64,000 nt of DNA from contig JAQFVV010000003.1 of NCBI GenBank assembly GCA_028023455.1, forward strand, positions 20,336,001 through 20,400,000, given 5' to 3'. Positions 52,866 to 64,000 of this stretch are shown here, piece after piece; position 1 is the first letter of the stretch; each line of letters begins with the position of its first letter. The notes under the pieces are model-generated. The model did no database searches, had not been told where the DNA came from, and saw only the letters and a program-made list of their open reading frames with translations. The position numbers and the translations under genes are program-made. This DNA comes from Epiperipatus broadwayi (taxonomy: Eukaryota; Animalia; Onychophora).

Positions 52866-54002
52866 TTATGTTCTATAAATAAATAATACCAATAACAATA
52901 TGTAAACAAACTTTTCTATCATGTTCTATTAAGTAAATAATACTGATAGCAATATACCAAAATTTATTTCAGTTTTTATTCAGTCATTTATAGTTAAAAT
53001 TTGCAAAGCGCATGTGCAACAGCTTAATGCTGTTTAAATATTACAGTTTATAAACATCGCGCTATATAAAATAATTGATTTATTAACATACATTCAGTTT
53101 TTATTGAAAATTTAAATAACATGTTTAGTATCTAACTAACCTTGGGTAATTTTAATTCCAAATTTTCTTTAATTTTATTTTAGAAGAATGTTCAAACAAA
53201 TTTTTAGGGAAACACATGATTCACTTAGATTTTAAAATCATTACTATACTTCTTTTAACAAAAGTCAGGTGATACACCTAAGCTTCATTTCTCAACCTAA
53301 TCAAATTGTAGTGACTTCTATCATTAATTCAACCTAATAAAAGTGTAATGACATATATCATTAATTCCAAAAACCATAAGATAAGAATGAATAACATCAA
53401 ACACGGAGTAAAAACTTCTATAGTTCCAACTATTCGAATATATAAAGTATTGATCATAAAGATCAGGCTATGCTATCTTAGGTTCCACTGATTTTAATCA
53501 ATACATAAATTGTGACTTCTAGTATAAAAAAAAAAATCTTGCTAAGATCATTACTATCACTAGAAAGTCATAATTACTTCATTCCAATGTGCAACAACTT
53601 TTCTTTATATCTCACATTCCAAAGTCTTTCCCAATGTATTATTCAAATTTTTTTTATCTCTGTGAATATTATAATTTATTCTTAATTTGCTCAGCAAAAA
53701 ATCTTTTTGCACTATATCTTTCTACTTTTCTTTCTTAAGTCTATACATTTCTACAGCCTCCAGTCTTTTCTACTTCCTTTTTCTTAATCATACTAATTTT
53801 TGTTCACATAATTATAGCTGCAATCAAAATAAAATAGCTACCAAAAGCTTTTTTTTTTTTTAATTTAATAAGAACACTTTTTTAAAAATTTAATTTCAGT
53901 GCCCAGTTAAGCAATTTCTCAATGATTTAAAATCTATTTTGTTATAAAAAATCATGAAAATAATGATTGCTTTAGCTAAAACTAAAATTACATTTATATT
54001 TC

Positions 54003-56300
54003 ATGCATTAACATGTGACTTATATCTCACTTACCAATGAACATTTCCTATGTTAAATTTATTAAGAACATTACAATCTTGAATACATATTTCCTGTTAG
54101 TCAAAACATAATCCAATTCTGCTGTACCTTCATTTGGATGCCTCCATGTCCATTTCCATTTAATATTTTTCTCAAAAAAAGAATTCACAACATAAAGTTT
54201 TACTTTTACTGAAAACTCCACAAATCTATGACTTCTCTCATTTCTATCACCATAACCAAATTTACTTATAGCACTTTCATCTTTTGCTTACCAATTCTAG
54301 CATTAAAGTTTCCATGACAATTTTAACTTTTTTTTGGTCTGATCAAAAGTCTTTTGTACATCAATATAAAAATCCTCTATTTCGTCATCACAATGAGAAC
54401 TTGTTGGAGCATAAATCTGAATTATCTGTATTTGATATCTGCAAAAATTATTTTTAAAAAAAACAAACAATATTCATAGCTGATATTCCTAATCTTCAGA
54501 AACATTCTAATGAATACAAAGTAAAACTTAAATCATTTTTAAATATTAACAGATTTTGAACATGATTCAGATTAAAATGAATAGCTGGTACAAAAAAGCA
54601 GTAATTCAGCAGTAAAATTTCTACTGAGACTAGAAAATTTATGAAGAAAAGAAGGAATATGGAAATATATTGAAATGAGGCATTTAGAAGGATTGAATAT
54701 CTCATAATTTTAGAAAAATGGTGTGAAAGAGATGATAATGATATAAGAAAGTATGATTGTGAACTAGCAAAAAAAAAACTATAGAAGAGAATAAGTCTTA
54801 GGAGTGTCAAACAACATCTTGGTATTGCTAGGAAACTTATTTCTGCAATAAGAAAAAAAAAATGAAACTATTACTAAAAAGAGAGATAACATCATGAAAT
54901 GTAGAGATTAGTTCTGAAAAATTATATAGCAATTAAAAAAAAAGGAAAAGTATCTCCTATGACTACTATATCATCTGAATTGTGAAGGATTTTAAATGAA
55001 GTGAGACATGCAGTTAAATTTATGAAGAAGGGAAAAACTCCAGGTAATGATGGAATTATAACTGATATCTTAAAAGAAACAGATGAAAAAATAGAATTTT
55101 TTTTTGCCAAGTTATATATTAAATGTTTAAATGCTACAGATGTTCTAGAATGCAGTATTATTAATATTTAAAAAGGTGATAAAAAAGATATTACAAATTA
55201 CAGATCGATCAGCCTTTTATCTGTTCTATACAAAATTTTTACCAAAATAGTTACAACTCATCTGCTTTGAATGACTAAAAGAACAAGCTGGATTTAAAAG
55301 TGGTATTTCCAAGTATTGAGAGAAATTATAGAAAGGACCAATGAATATGAGTTGATATTATGCTTTGGATTTGAAAATTATGAAAAGACATTTGATTCTA
55401 CAAGCACTTCTTCTGTGATTAAAGCATTGGATCATCAAATATTCTGAAGAATATTTATAAAAATGCAACAGCAACAATTAGATTATTTAATGATACTAAA
55501 AAGATCAACATTGAAAGGGGTGTATGATAGGGTGACAACATATCTCCAAAAAATGTTACAGCAGTTTTGCAAGAAGTATTTTGTGGATGATGTAGTTGAT
55601 TATGCAAATAATGCTTTAGAGTTTCAGGAAATATTGCAAGAATTATCAGATGAAAGTAAAAAAGTAGGATTAAAGGTAAATGTTAAAAAGACTAAAGTAA
55701 TGTTCAGTGGATTTTCTCAAAATAAGAAAAAGAAGATTGATCATGATGATGGAAACATAATGGATGAAATTAATTATAGAATTAAAATTGATTGGAGTAC
55801 TTTTGGTAGAAATAACTTAACATTAAAAGGAAATATGCCTATGTGCTTGAAAAGGAAGATTTTTAATAAATGTTACTAATTCTTAATTATGGATCTGAGA
55901 CTTGACACTTAACAGAAGAGCAATACAGAGAATTCAGTCCACTCAATAAAATATAGAGAGAAGTATATTAGGAGTAACAAGAAGAGATCAAAAATGAAAT
56001 ACATGGGTGAGAGAACAAACAGGTGTTACTGATATCATTGAAAAAATTAAAAGATTGAAGTGGAGTTGGGCTTGACATATTTCTAGAAGAGATGATAATA
56101 ATAGATGAACAATTGAAATCTTAAAACAGAATTCCAAGAGATTGTAAAAGACCTAGAAAGAGACTATATGTGAGATGGATAAATGAAATAAGGAAGTCTG
56201 ATGGTGCGATGTAAAAAAAAAAAGATAGAAATCAGAGAAGATGGATTAAACTTGGAGAGATCTTCCTGCAGTAGAACGATAATGGTTGAAAATGATGATG
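54003..56300 (+). mobile_element. RTE LINE with inverted 5' segment (54003-54441 minus; 54442-56300 plus)
   Basis: Minus segment: IIQIYAPTSSHCDDEIEDFY...FNARIG...RNERSHRFVEF...KWTWRHPN...ELDYVL. Plus segment: MKKGKTPGNDGI, NYRSISLLSVLYKIF, QAGFK, FVDD, GLKVNVKKTKVM, CLKRKIFNKC. Ends gaaaatgatgatga. Confidence 0.92.
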
Positions 56301-56688
56301 AATCATGCTTAAACTTTCTACAAATTCCATCAATTTCTTGTGCCAACTCCATCTTTAACAAAACAAAAATTTTTAGCAACTAATTTAAATTTATATTCAA
56401 GAGCAATCTTTTCTCTATTATTTTTATTGTAATGTCACCAAAATAAGCTTGAGTAAACAGTAGTTTAACAAATGGTAGTATCTTTTAAGCTTCATCCCAT
56501 GAATAGTTCCTAGTTTTTACTTTACCAAATGATGTGTTGATGTTAAATATAAATTACATAAAAAAGACAAGACACATCTCTTCCTAATCATTGGATAATA
56601 TAATCAAATGGCTTTCTTACTCGGGAGCTTAAGGTTCAGCATCTAAAGTGCCAGAATTGGAAATGAACCATGGAACCATGCTCTAGTC

Positions 56689-56975
56689 TAAAACTCTACT
56701 ACTTTACTAAACAACACTGGGCATGAAATTTCACACATAACTATAGTATCATATACACATTTTTCGTACTATGGCCCTAAGGTTTAATGCTGTGGAGGAC
56801 TCTGGAACTCAAAGCCCATGAATTAACAGTTTAAAACTCTACTACTTTACTAAACAACACTGGGCATGAAATTTCACACATAACTATAGTATCATATACA
56901 CATTTTTCGTACTATGGCCCTAAGGTTTAATGCTGTGGAGGACTCTGGAACTCAAAGCCCATGAATTAACAGTTT
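56689..56975. repeat. Perfect 143-bp tandem duplication
   Basis: taaaactctactactttactaaacaacactggg...gcccatgaattaacagtt starts at 56689 and 56832; no differences seen. Confidence 0.95.
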
Positions 56976-57429
56976 CAACTTCATCATTATTGGTACTAGA
57001 ATTTCTCATGAAGTCCCAAACATATCATAAATTGATTATTTATTTATTTAATGTCTTTTTCAAATCAATAAAATATTTATTAAGCTTCCTTTTCTATATA
57101 TATTCATTAACAATCATATCCACTATTCCAATTAATCTTTTTTCTCTCTTTCTCCCTCAGTATAATTTTATTAAAACATCCAATGTATAAAAAATAAATC
57201 TAATTATTACATATATTCTACTTGAATTAAAATGTCTTATTTCACTGTATTAATCCTTTTTCTAATGAAATCACAACTGTTCCAAAATAATAATAATGTA
57301 CAAGCCCTTTTCCAAGTCATATTTTATCTCTAATCTTTAGTAACTCCTTTATGCATTTTTTCATTACTTACTCTAGTCTAAAACTCTCTATTGTAAATTT
57401 GAGTAATCAATAAATATTAAATGGTAGCA

Positions 57430-57500
57430 CCATATGAAAATCTCCAGACTGATTTCTGGTTAATGATCTTTATCATTGGAGAGTACTGGATTTGCACCTA
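57430..57500 (-). repeat. Highly degenerate family A-like HHR remnant
   Basis: Minus strand tctcca-ATGATAA...cca-GAAAtcagtc|tggaga. Helix I TCTCCA/TGGAGA is a compensated variant of TCCCCA/TGGGGA. Confidence 0.45.
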
Positions 57501-58849
57501 CACTTCCAGCAGCTGATAATCTGACATTCTGAATCCAAGCTAACTTACTTGTATATCCATTATAGGTCTTCCACTAGGGAAGCAACTACATATTTTTACT
57601 AACTCTTTACATTTAACATTGCATTAGAAATGATTCATTCTAATTACTGTAAACCAGAGCCATCTATTGCAAGCATGCTTAAATAATCAGTGGCAACATA
57701 TAGTAACACCTAATCCAAATTCTATGACTTTCCTGACTATATTGGTCTTCATTAATATGCAATATCAGATTTATTCCTTCCTATGTTATTCTGTCATTTC
57801 ACATCTCATCTGTTTTCAACAAATAAATAAACTAAACGGGTTCATTAAAATGCCATAGATTATATTCCGATAAATAAATATTGAAATAAACCTTTAGAAA
57901 TGGAAAATTTTCATTTACACAATATTTTGAAAATATATATAAAAAAAACGACAAATAGAATTTAGAAATAAGCATTTTTTTTTTTTTTTTGCTAATTTTT
58001 TTTTTAATCCTTTATATAATTTATTCTTAAATTCATAACTAATTTTACATTTTTTCAAAATGACACTATTGCAATTGAGCTCCATATAATCTAATCAATT
58101 ATGTAATTTTTTAAAAAAAACACCTGCAACTTACCTTACCAATCATTACTAACAAATCCCAAATTTTGAGTAAATGCCTGATGAATTAGTTTTAATAAAA
58201 AATTACCCAATAAGCATTTTCTACAACTCCTGCTGTAGTCAGTACTCTTTTTGTAAAATGTTGATCCATAACAAATAAGGTATTAACTAAATAAATAATT
58301 AAATTATTAACTGCTAGGGAGTAGTTGCTGCACTAAAAATAACAGGTTGTTTTATTCAGGAACTTTAAGTTCTTAGTCTTATCACCTTACCATTATGTAA
58401 AACCACACAAAATAACATTAATTGATATTATCTTATTCATCTTGTCTTACTAGGTTTAACTATGAAGTTGGAATAAGAAGCAATTATTAGATTGGAACAA
58501 TATTGATAAAAATGTACTCATTGCAACTGAATATTAATTGAAATACAGATAAATTTGTCCCCAGATGATATTATTAGTGTAGGTATCTAGAAAAGGGATA
58601 ACCATGTATTTCTCTTCTATTAAATAACCCTACAGCATAACTGTTACAAACTTATAAATTAAATTATTCAAGTAAAAGATAATTATATTTTAAATTTCAT
58701 AGACTAATGGTAAATTAAATGAATCAATTCTACTAATTCAATAATCAAATTAATATCTGTGAAATCGGAATATGTAATTTGTATTATCTGAGAAATATGA
58801 TTAAAGTCTTTTTCTTTCACCACCAGTATGCATTCTAATGAAAGTTTTA

Positions 58850-59120
58850 ATAACTAATAGATGTCAGATGATAGTGCTTAATAAATCCCTATCCAGTACT
58901 GTCCTATCCAATATCCTCAGACTAGTTTCTAGATTATGTATAGTTTTCATTAATGATGATTTAGGAACAGTGCAGGATCCAATGTATCTTCCTTCTAGCA
59001 ACCATTATTTACTTCTTTATTTTACTATTAAACTATCTGCCCATATTGAAAAACATACAGATGTTTTCAGTCTAAATCAATTTGTCTGTGTAATCATATA
59101 GATCTGAACCCAATTCAATA
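58850..59120 (-). mobile_element. Diverged family A relative
   Basis: ataaatccctatccagt...atccaatatcctcagactagtttct...ctagcaacca...aatcatatagatctgaacc is colinear with 22520-22780. GAAACTAGTC is retained. Confidence 0.7.
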
Positions 59121-59590
59121 TATATATATATATAACAGGTCTGTTATATGTCACACAATAAGATAGTGTGTGTGCACAGATATATATATAAAGTTGAAAG
59201 GAAAAGTAGAAATGATTACAAGCATAAATTTTTGCAGATATTTTTCTACATTTTCTGGAATAAAAATAATAAATAAAGGGTTAAATAATTCTCAATTTAA
59301 AACAGAATTTTATTATAAAATAAATATTTTTAAAACAGGTCTAATATTTATTATTCTGATTTTGAAATTTAAAAACAAGCAGGGTTTAATTTTGAAATCT
59401 TTTAATTAAAACTTGTATAAAATATCTATTGTTTATTATTAATGCTTGTTTATATTTCTATTATCTATTTTTTTTAAAATCTTTGATAAGATTTTCAAAT
59501 GTAGCTTTTTAATTAAAAGTGCTTTTGGGGGGATTAAAATTGTTTCCAATCAAGAGAGATAAGGAAAAAAAAGTTATTAATTAAATGTGT

Positions 59591-60303
59591 TGTTATCACC
59601 CTAAACCAATTCTGTAAAAGGCCTGCTAAAAAAAAAATATCAGTTCAGTTTGACTTGTAGCTTTTGTAAGAGCTGACCAGAAGAGTCTGTTTTTAATATT
59701 TTAAGCAGGTGGCCAAATTGGCCAGCTGTAATGTTGGATAATTAATTTTTTTTAAGACAGCTCTTGTCTTAATACTTTTGGTGAAGCAATTAGCTAATGG
59801 CTAGCTGCAAAGTGTGACTAAAATATTATGTGAAGAGTTAGCTGAAGTTTGTTGGTAACTGTAGCAGATAGTGGCCACAGTAAAGCTAGCTGCAGAGATG
59901 ACTGGCAGAATTATACAGAGGACTGCCATAAAGATATAAAAATGCAAGGAAGCAGCTGCCCTAATTTACTAAAGTTTTGAATCATGAAGCTGACCCGTTT
60001 CTGGAGAAGACAGTTTGTTGGTTTGAAGTCTGCAAGAACCGAGACATAAGGAAACCTAAATCAAGACCAACTTACCTGGATTATAACTTCCTGATTATGA
60101 CTTTCCTGAATTGATCCCCATCAAGAGAAACCATCAGTTGATGAAGTAGTTATACTTAAGTTGCTGCTCTATATCCAGAGAAGCACAGATAAATGTATAT
60201 AGAGTAAGTTGTCTTTTTTTAACATTCCTTTAAAAAGACATTTTAGCTTAGTAACTTAAAAGTAAAACAAACAAGTAATTTTTGCTTGAGTTGAAATCTA
60301 ACA
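59591..60303. mobile_element. Solo LTR (713 bp), probably Gypsy-type
   Basis: Termini TGTTA...TAACA, 4-bp TSD GTGT (59587-59590, 60304-60307), higher GC than flanks, AGTAAA about 40 bp before the right end. Confidence 0.65.
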
Positions 60304-61799
60304 GTGTTATATATAATAATTAAATTTTAAATGATTTCTTTAGTCTGAAGTGACAGAAATATGAAACGATTTTATTTCTCTGCTTATTAAAGAAAAAAAA
60401 GTAACATTTTATATTTAGAGACTTTGATAATTTAATCAACAAGTACCTGTCAAACAAAAATTGACTTTATTTAGTTTGAAAAGAAAAAAAACCAAGCTGT
60501 AATAGAATTTGATAACTGATTTTAAATTATATCTATATTTTGTTTATACACACAGTATACGTGAGAAATTTTCTGTATGTTTTCCAAATGGAATTAAGAA
60601 AATATATTATTGTAATAAATTAAAATTGGATATATATCTAAAATTTGATCATTTTTTGTCATTATTGAATATCAATTGAAATATATTAATTGTATATATG
60701 TAAATCACCATGTAATAACTTGAATCTTGTACTAATCCCATATATGTAAATCACAATGTGATAATTTTTTATTATTGTAAGTTAATCAAAATCACAAGAC
60801 TTAATTGATATGCATAGCCTCATTCTAGATCTTAATATCATTTTTTTTTAATTTTTATTGTTAATAAACTTGTGTGCAATTATAAAAATTATTCCAGTGG
60901 TTCTGAATATTTTTAAAATATCTATTTCCATCATTTCTTAGTCACATAACAGTAATGAGCTTGTGCTCTCTGAGCTAGATTCATGTATATATGAATGAAA
61001 ATGTACTTTTAGTGCTTATGAGCATCCAGATGATTGATTGATATATTCTGGAATGGCACAAAGATTATAATCTTTAAAGCCCCTGCACTACATTTTAGTT
61101 TAATCTTATTAGAAATTAAGTTTATAGTTGGCCAATACATTAATGGTACTAAGTGGCCAGAGCATTGATGATGATCAGCATGTTTTAATGCCCCAGCATT
61201 ATTGTTTTTCTGATTTTCTATTATTATGTATTCTGATGGATGAGCATTTAGTTTATGCCTCCAAATTAATGATTAAATAATTGCCCCAAGCTGGCAATGG
61301 CTCAATAGTTAGCCTGGTCTACAGAAGACCCATTTCCAATCCAGTCACCAGATTGATGATTGATTTAGCGTATTGATGTATTTTGATTATGGTCATTCAT
61401 AATGGTGAATGATATTTTGAGTACTACTCAATACTTATTACTTTCACTTATTGATAATGCTGGTTAATTATAATCATAGTTGCTCTGAGGAGTCTGTAAT
61501 ATATAAAATATCTTATATATTTATGATTATTAAACATTGCTTTAATAATTAATTTGATATTTCATTTTAAATTGACTGGGAGTGGATGATGATTTTTCCA
61601 TAACCCCAGATTAACCCTTATCCATCCCATCCCATTACAATATATAATGATATCCTGTTGTTAATTATAGTCATCTCTGTCCTGTGGTCAAACAATTGGT
61701 ATAAAATTAACAAAATATCATGACTCCAGTTACACATTGCTGTTTCAGCAGCCTGCTTTTTTTTTCACCTCAACTACTATGCCATCTAATCTAAGCTTA

Positions 61800-61945
61800 G
61801 TAACTAACAAATATCAGATGATAGTGCTTAATAAACCTCTTTCCAATGCCATCCTGTCCAATAATCCCTGACCAGTTTATAGTCTGTAGCTTTCATCAGT
61901 GAGTACTAGCAGCTATTATTTACTTCTCTGTTTTACTATCAACCT
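61800..61945 (-). mobile_element. Diverged family A relative (same subfamily as 58850-59120)
   Basis: taactaacaaatatcagatgatagtgcttaataaa is shared with 58852. Minus strand CTGATGAaagctacagactaTAAACtggtc. Confidence 0.65.
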
Positions 61946-62284
61946 ATTAGATATTAAGGCTTAAATTATATGGCTTAATCTTGATGAAAGAAAAGAGTAT
62001 GCTGCTGAAATAGCAAAGTCTATAAGTTGGAATCATATGATAAAGCCACGTGACCATTATAAGTCCACAATAATTATGCTTAATGGCTGTTTAATGGGAG
62101 AGAAATGTGAGTGCATCATCTCCTTAAATATCTCCACTAATAATAGAATTATTTCGGGAAAATTTTAACACATTATAACTTTAAAATGAAACTGGCATAT
62201 TTTTACATTTCAGGGTTTTTTATTTACACTGAAAATAAAAGGTCTTTACAAATTTCAAAATATTACATATTTATGATGAAAGAA

Positions 62285-62462
62285 ATCAGCCCTGCTTATC
62301 CAGAGATTATTAGAGATGGAGTTAAAACTGTAGCAGCAATAACAACTGCTCTAATCAATGTCAAAAGACTATTTTCTGCAGTCAAAATCAAATCAGATTT
62401 AAAGGCTTCTATAAAAAAGAAATGAGCAGAAGTATTTATATTTCCAAAAACAAAATCTTTCT
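62285..62462 (+). mobile_element. hAT transposase C-terminal dimerisation-domain remnant
   Basis: YPEII...VAAITTALINVKRLFSAVKIKSDLKAS resembles the xPxTQVSVERLFSxLKIIKSDLRAS motif. Confidence 0.55.
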
Positions 62463-64000
62463 AAGATCTACAAATAAGATTTACTTTTACAGAACTGTTA
62501 TAGCTTATTTCTTTTATATCCTTGTACTTTACAGACTATTGATAAAAAATACTATCTCTTTTGTTAATATTACAAGTTTTGTCATATGTTTAGTGCCCCT
62601 CAATGTTTACAATTTCATTAATATAGTCTTTAAACTCAAATTTCAACAGATGAAAGTACTAAAAAGAATAAAATTCATCATTATGGTGTATACCCAAAAT
62701 CAATACAGAAAATACAGTATATAATTTATCTAATTACAAATACAGGAATACCATAAAATGAGGAGTTGAAAATTTTGTATACCAATTCAATAGCCCTGTG
62801 CCAACATAAATTTGGCTGAATCCAGTCATGATAATCTGCTAATTGGTTATTATTAGATAATAAATTATAAACTAGCTAAATTACATTCCAGTACCAATAT
62901 TAACTTTCAGTTTTACAATATATCTCTTCTGTTAAACTGATGATTAAGTTTATTATTGTTGAAACACTTGTTATTTAATAAAAGTATAATAGATAAATGG
63001 CATAAAAATTATTCACATAAGCAACAATTACACATTAAGATAAAATATCAGAAAATTCTGTTTATTTGTATTCGTTTATTTTGCATACACTTTATTTTTT
63101 TGCTCTACATACACACACACATTATTAAATATTACACAATTTAGTGGTTTTACATTAACATTTTGCATATATGAATTTAATTTCGATTTAGAATATGAGT
63201 GAGGTTTATATTTACCTGTAATAATATATTTTTGTCTTATTATAAAGCTGTGATCATTGTGATTAATGATTTATTGATTCGCCTGAGACTACAATTCTCA
63301 CATATATATAAAGAATTGAAAATTTAACAAAAGATAATTAAAAAATACAGACAAAAATAAAATAATAACGTTGCATTTTTTATTTTTTAAACATTATTTT
63401 TTAAAATTTTCAAGAGATGTAAGATTAACAGGTCAACCAAACATAATGTAAACGCTTTAGCTTAGGAATCCAGGAGAAATTCCTATTACAACAACTTCTT
63501 TATTATATGTTGGCAGCGGTATAATGTTTATTGACAATGAAAAGAAAAATGCATAAATCTTAAAAGGCAAATGCAGATTTTTGAATGCACAAAGATTTTT
63601 TTTTATATTGAATCAAATTAAGAGAAGGGTTACATAGGTCCTAAACCGTATAAATTTTAAGTTCGATAGATGTTTTCTATTCAGTAATTAATTAAAAATA
63701 ACACACCGATCTAAAATACTACAGAAATGCTCACTATTTTATTTGCAAACTATATGAATAATTAAAAACATGCATCAAAAATATTAAACTAACTTCAAAT
63801 TATTATTTTTAAAAAAGTTTTACTATTATTTTTGTTAAAGCAATAATCGTAAAAATTACTACTTGTTTCCGAAAAAAGATTACGATTAAAAAGTACCATT
63901 AAACAAATAATAAACATTTACTATTATAAATAAAGAATAAAACAGATAATAAATTTTTCCAGGTAAGTTACCTGACGAAACACTCCAGTTTTAAAAGCAC

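Noticed and set aside
58140-58270. Two adjacent minus-strand exons (…VENAYW / AFTQNLGF…)
   Set aside because: The implied intron is only 29 nt, too short, and the unspliced frame hits a stop.
63960-63975. Palindrome caggtaa-g-ttacctg giving splice-donor-like sites on both strands
   Set aside because: A single 7-bp stem at the window edge; no supporting context can be assessed.

Overview
Very AT-rich eukaryotic (invertebrate-like) DNA, probably intronic or intergenic. I could not identify an intact host gene, only a few low-confidence minus-strand exon candidates. Most of the window is decayed mobile DNA: RTE-clade LINEs (one with a 5' inversion), two convergent copies of an APE-RT-CCHC LINE, an Ingi/I-like LINE remnant, a full-length but frameshifted Buster-type hAT with TIRs and TSD, two Penelope-like (GIY-YIG) remnants, a Gypsy gag remnant, a solo LTR, a MITE and tRNA-Gly-derived sequences. 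The main result is two families of small non-coding repeats carrying minimal type I hammerhead ribozyme (HHR) motifs with a palindromic, dimer-type helix III. Family A has about nine copies and shows helix covariation. They include a 1.5-kb insertion (22401-23900) of 2.4 tandem 456-bp units plus an inverted unit, flanked by a single 13-bp TSD. Family C joins a tRNA-like head to an HHR in an inverted, TSD-flanked insertion. Together these look like a retrozyme-type system: a circular or multimeric RNA copied by Penelope-like machinery. All alignments and folds were done by eye; nothing was computed or searched.
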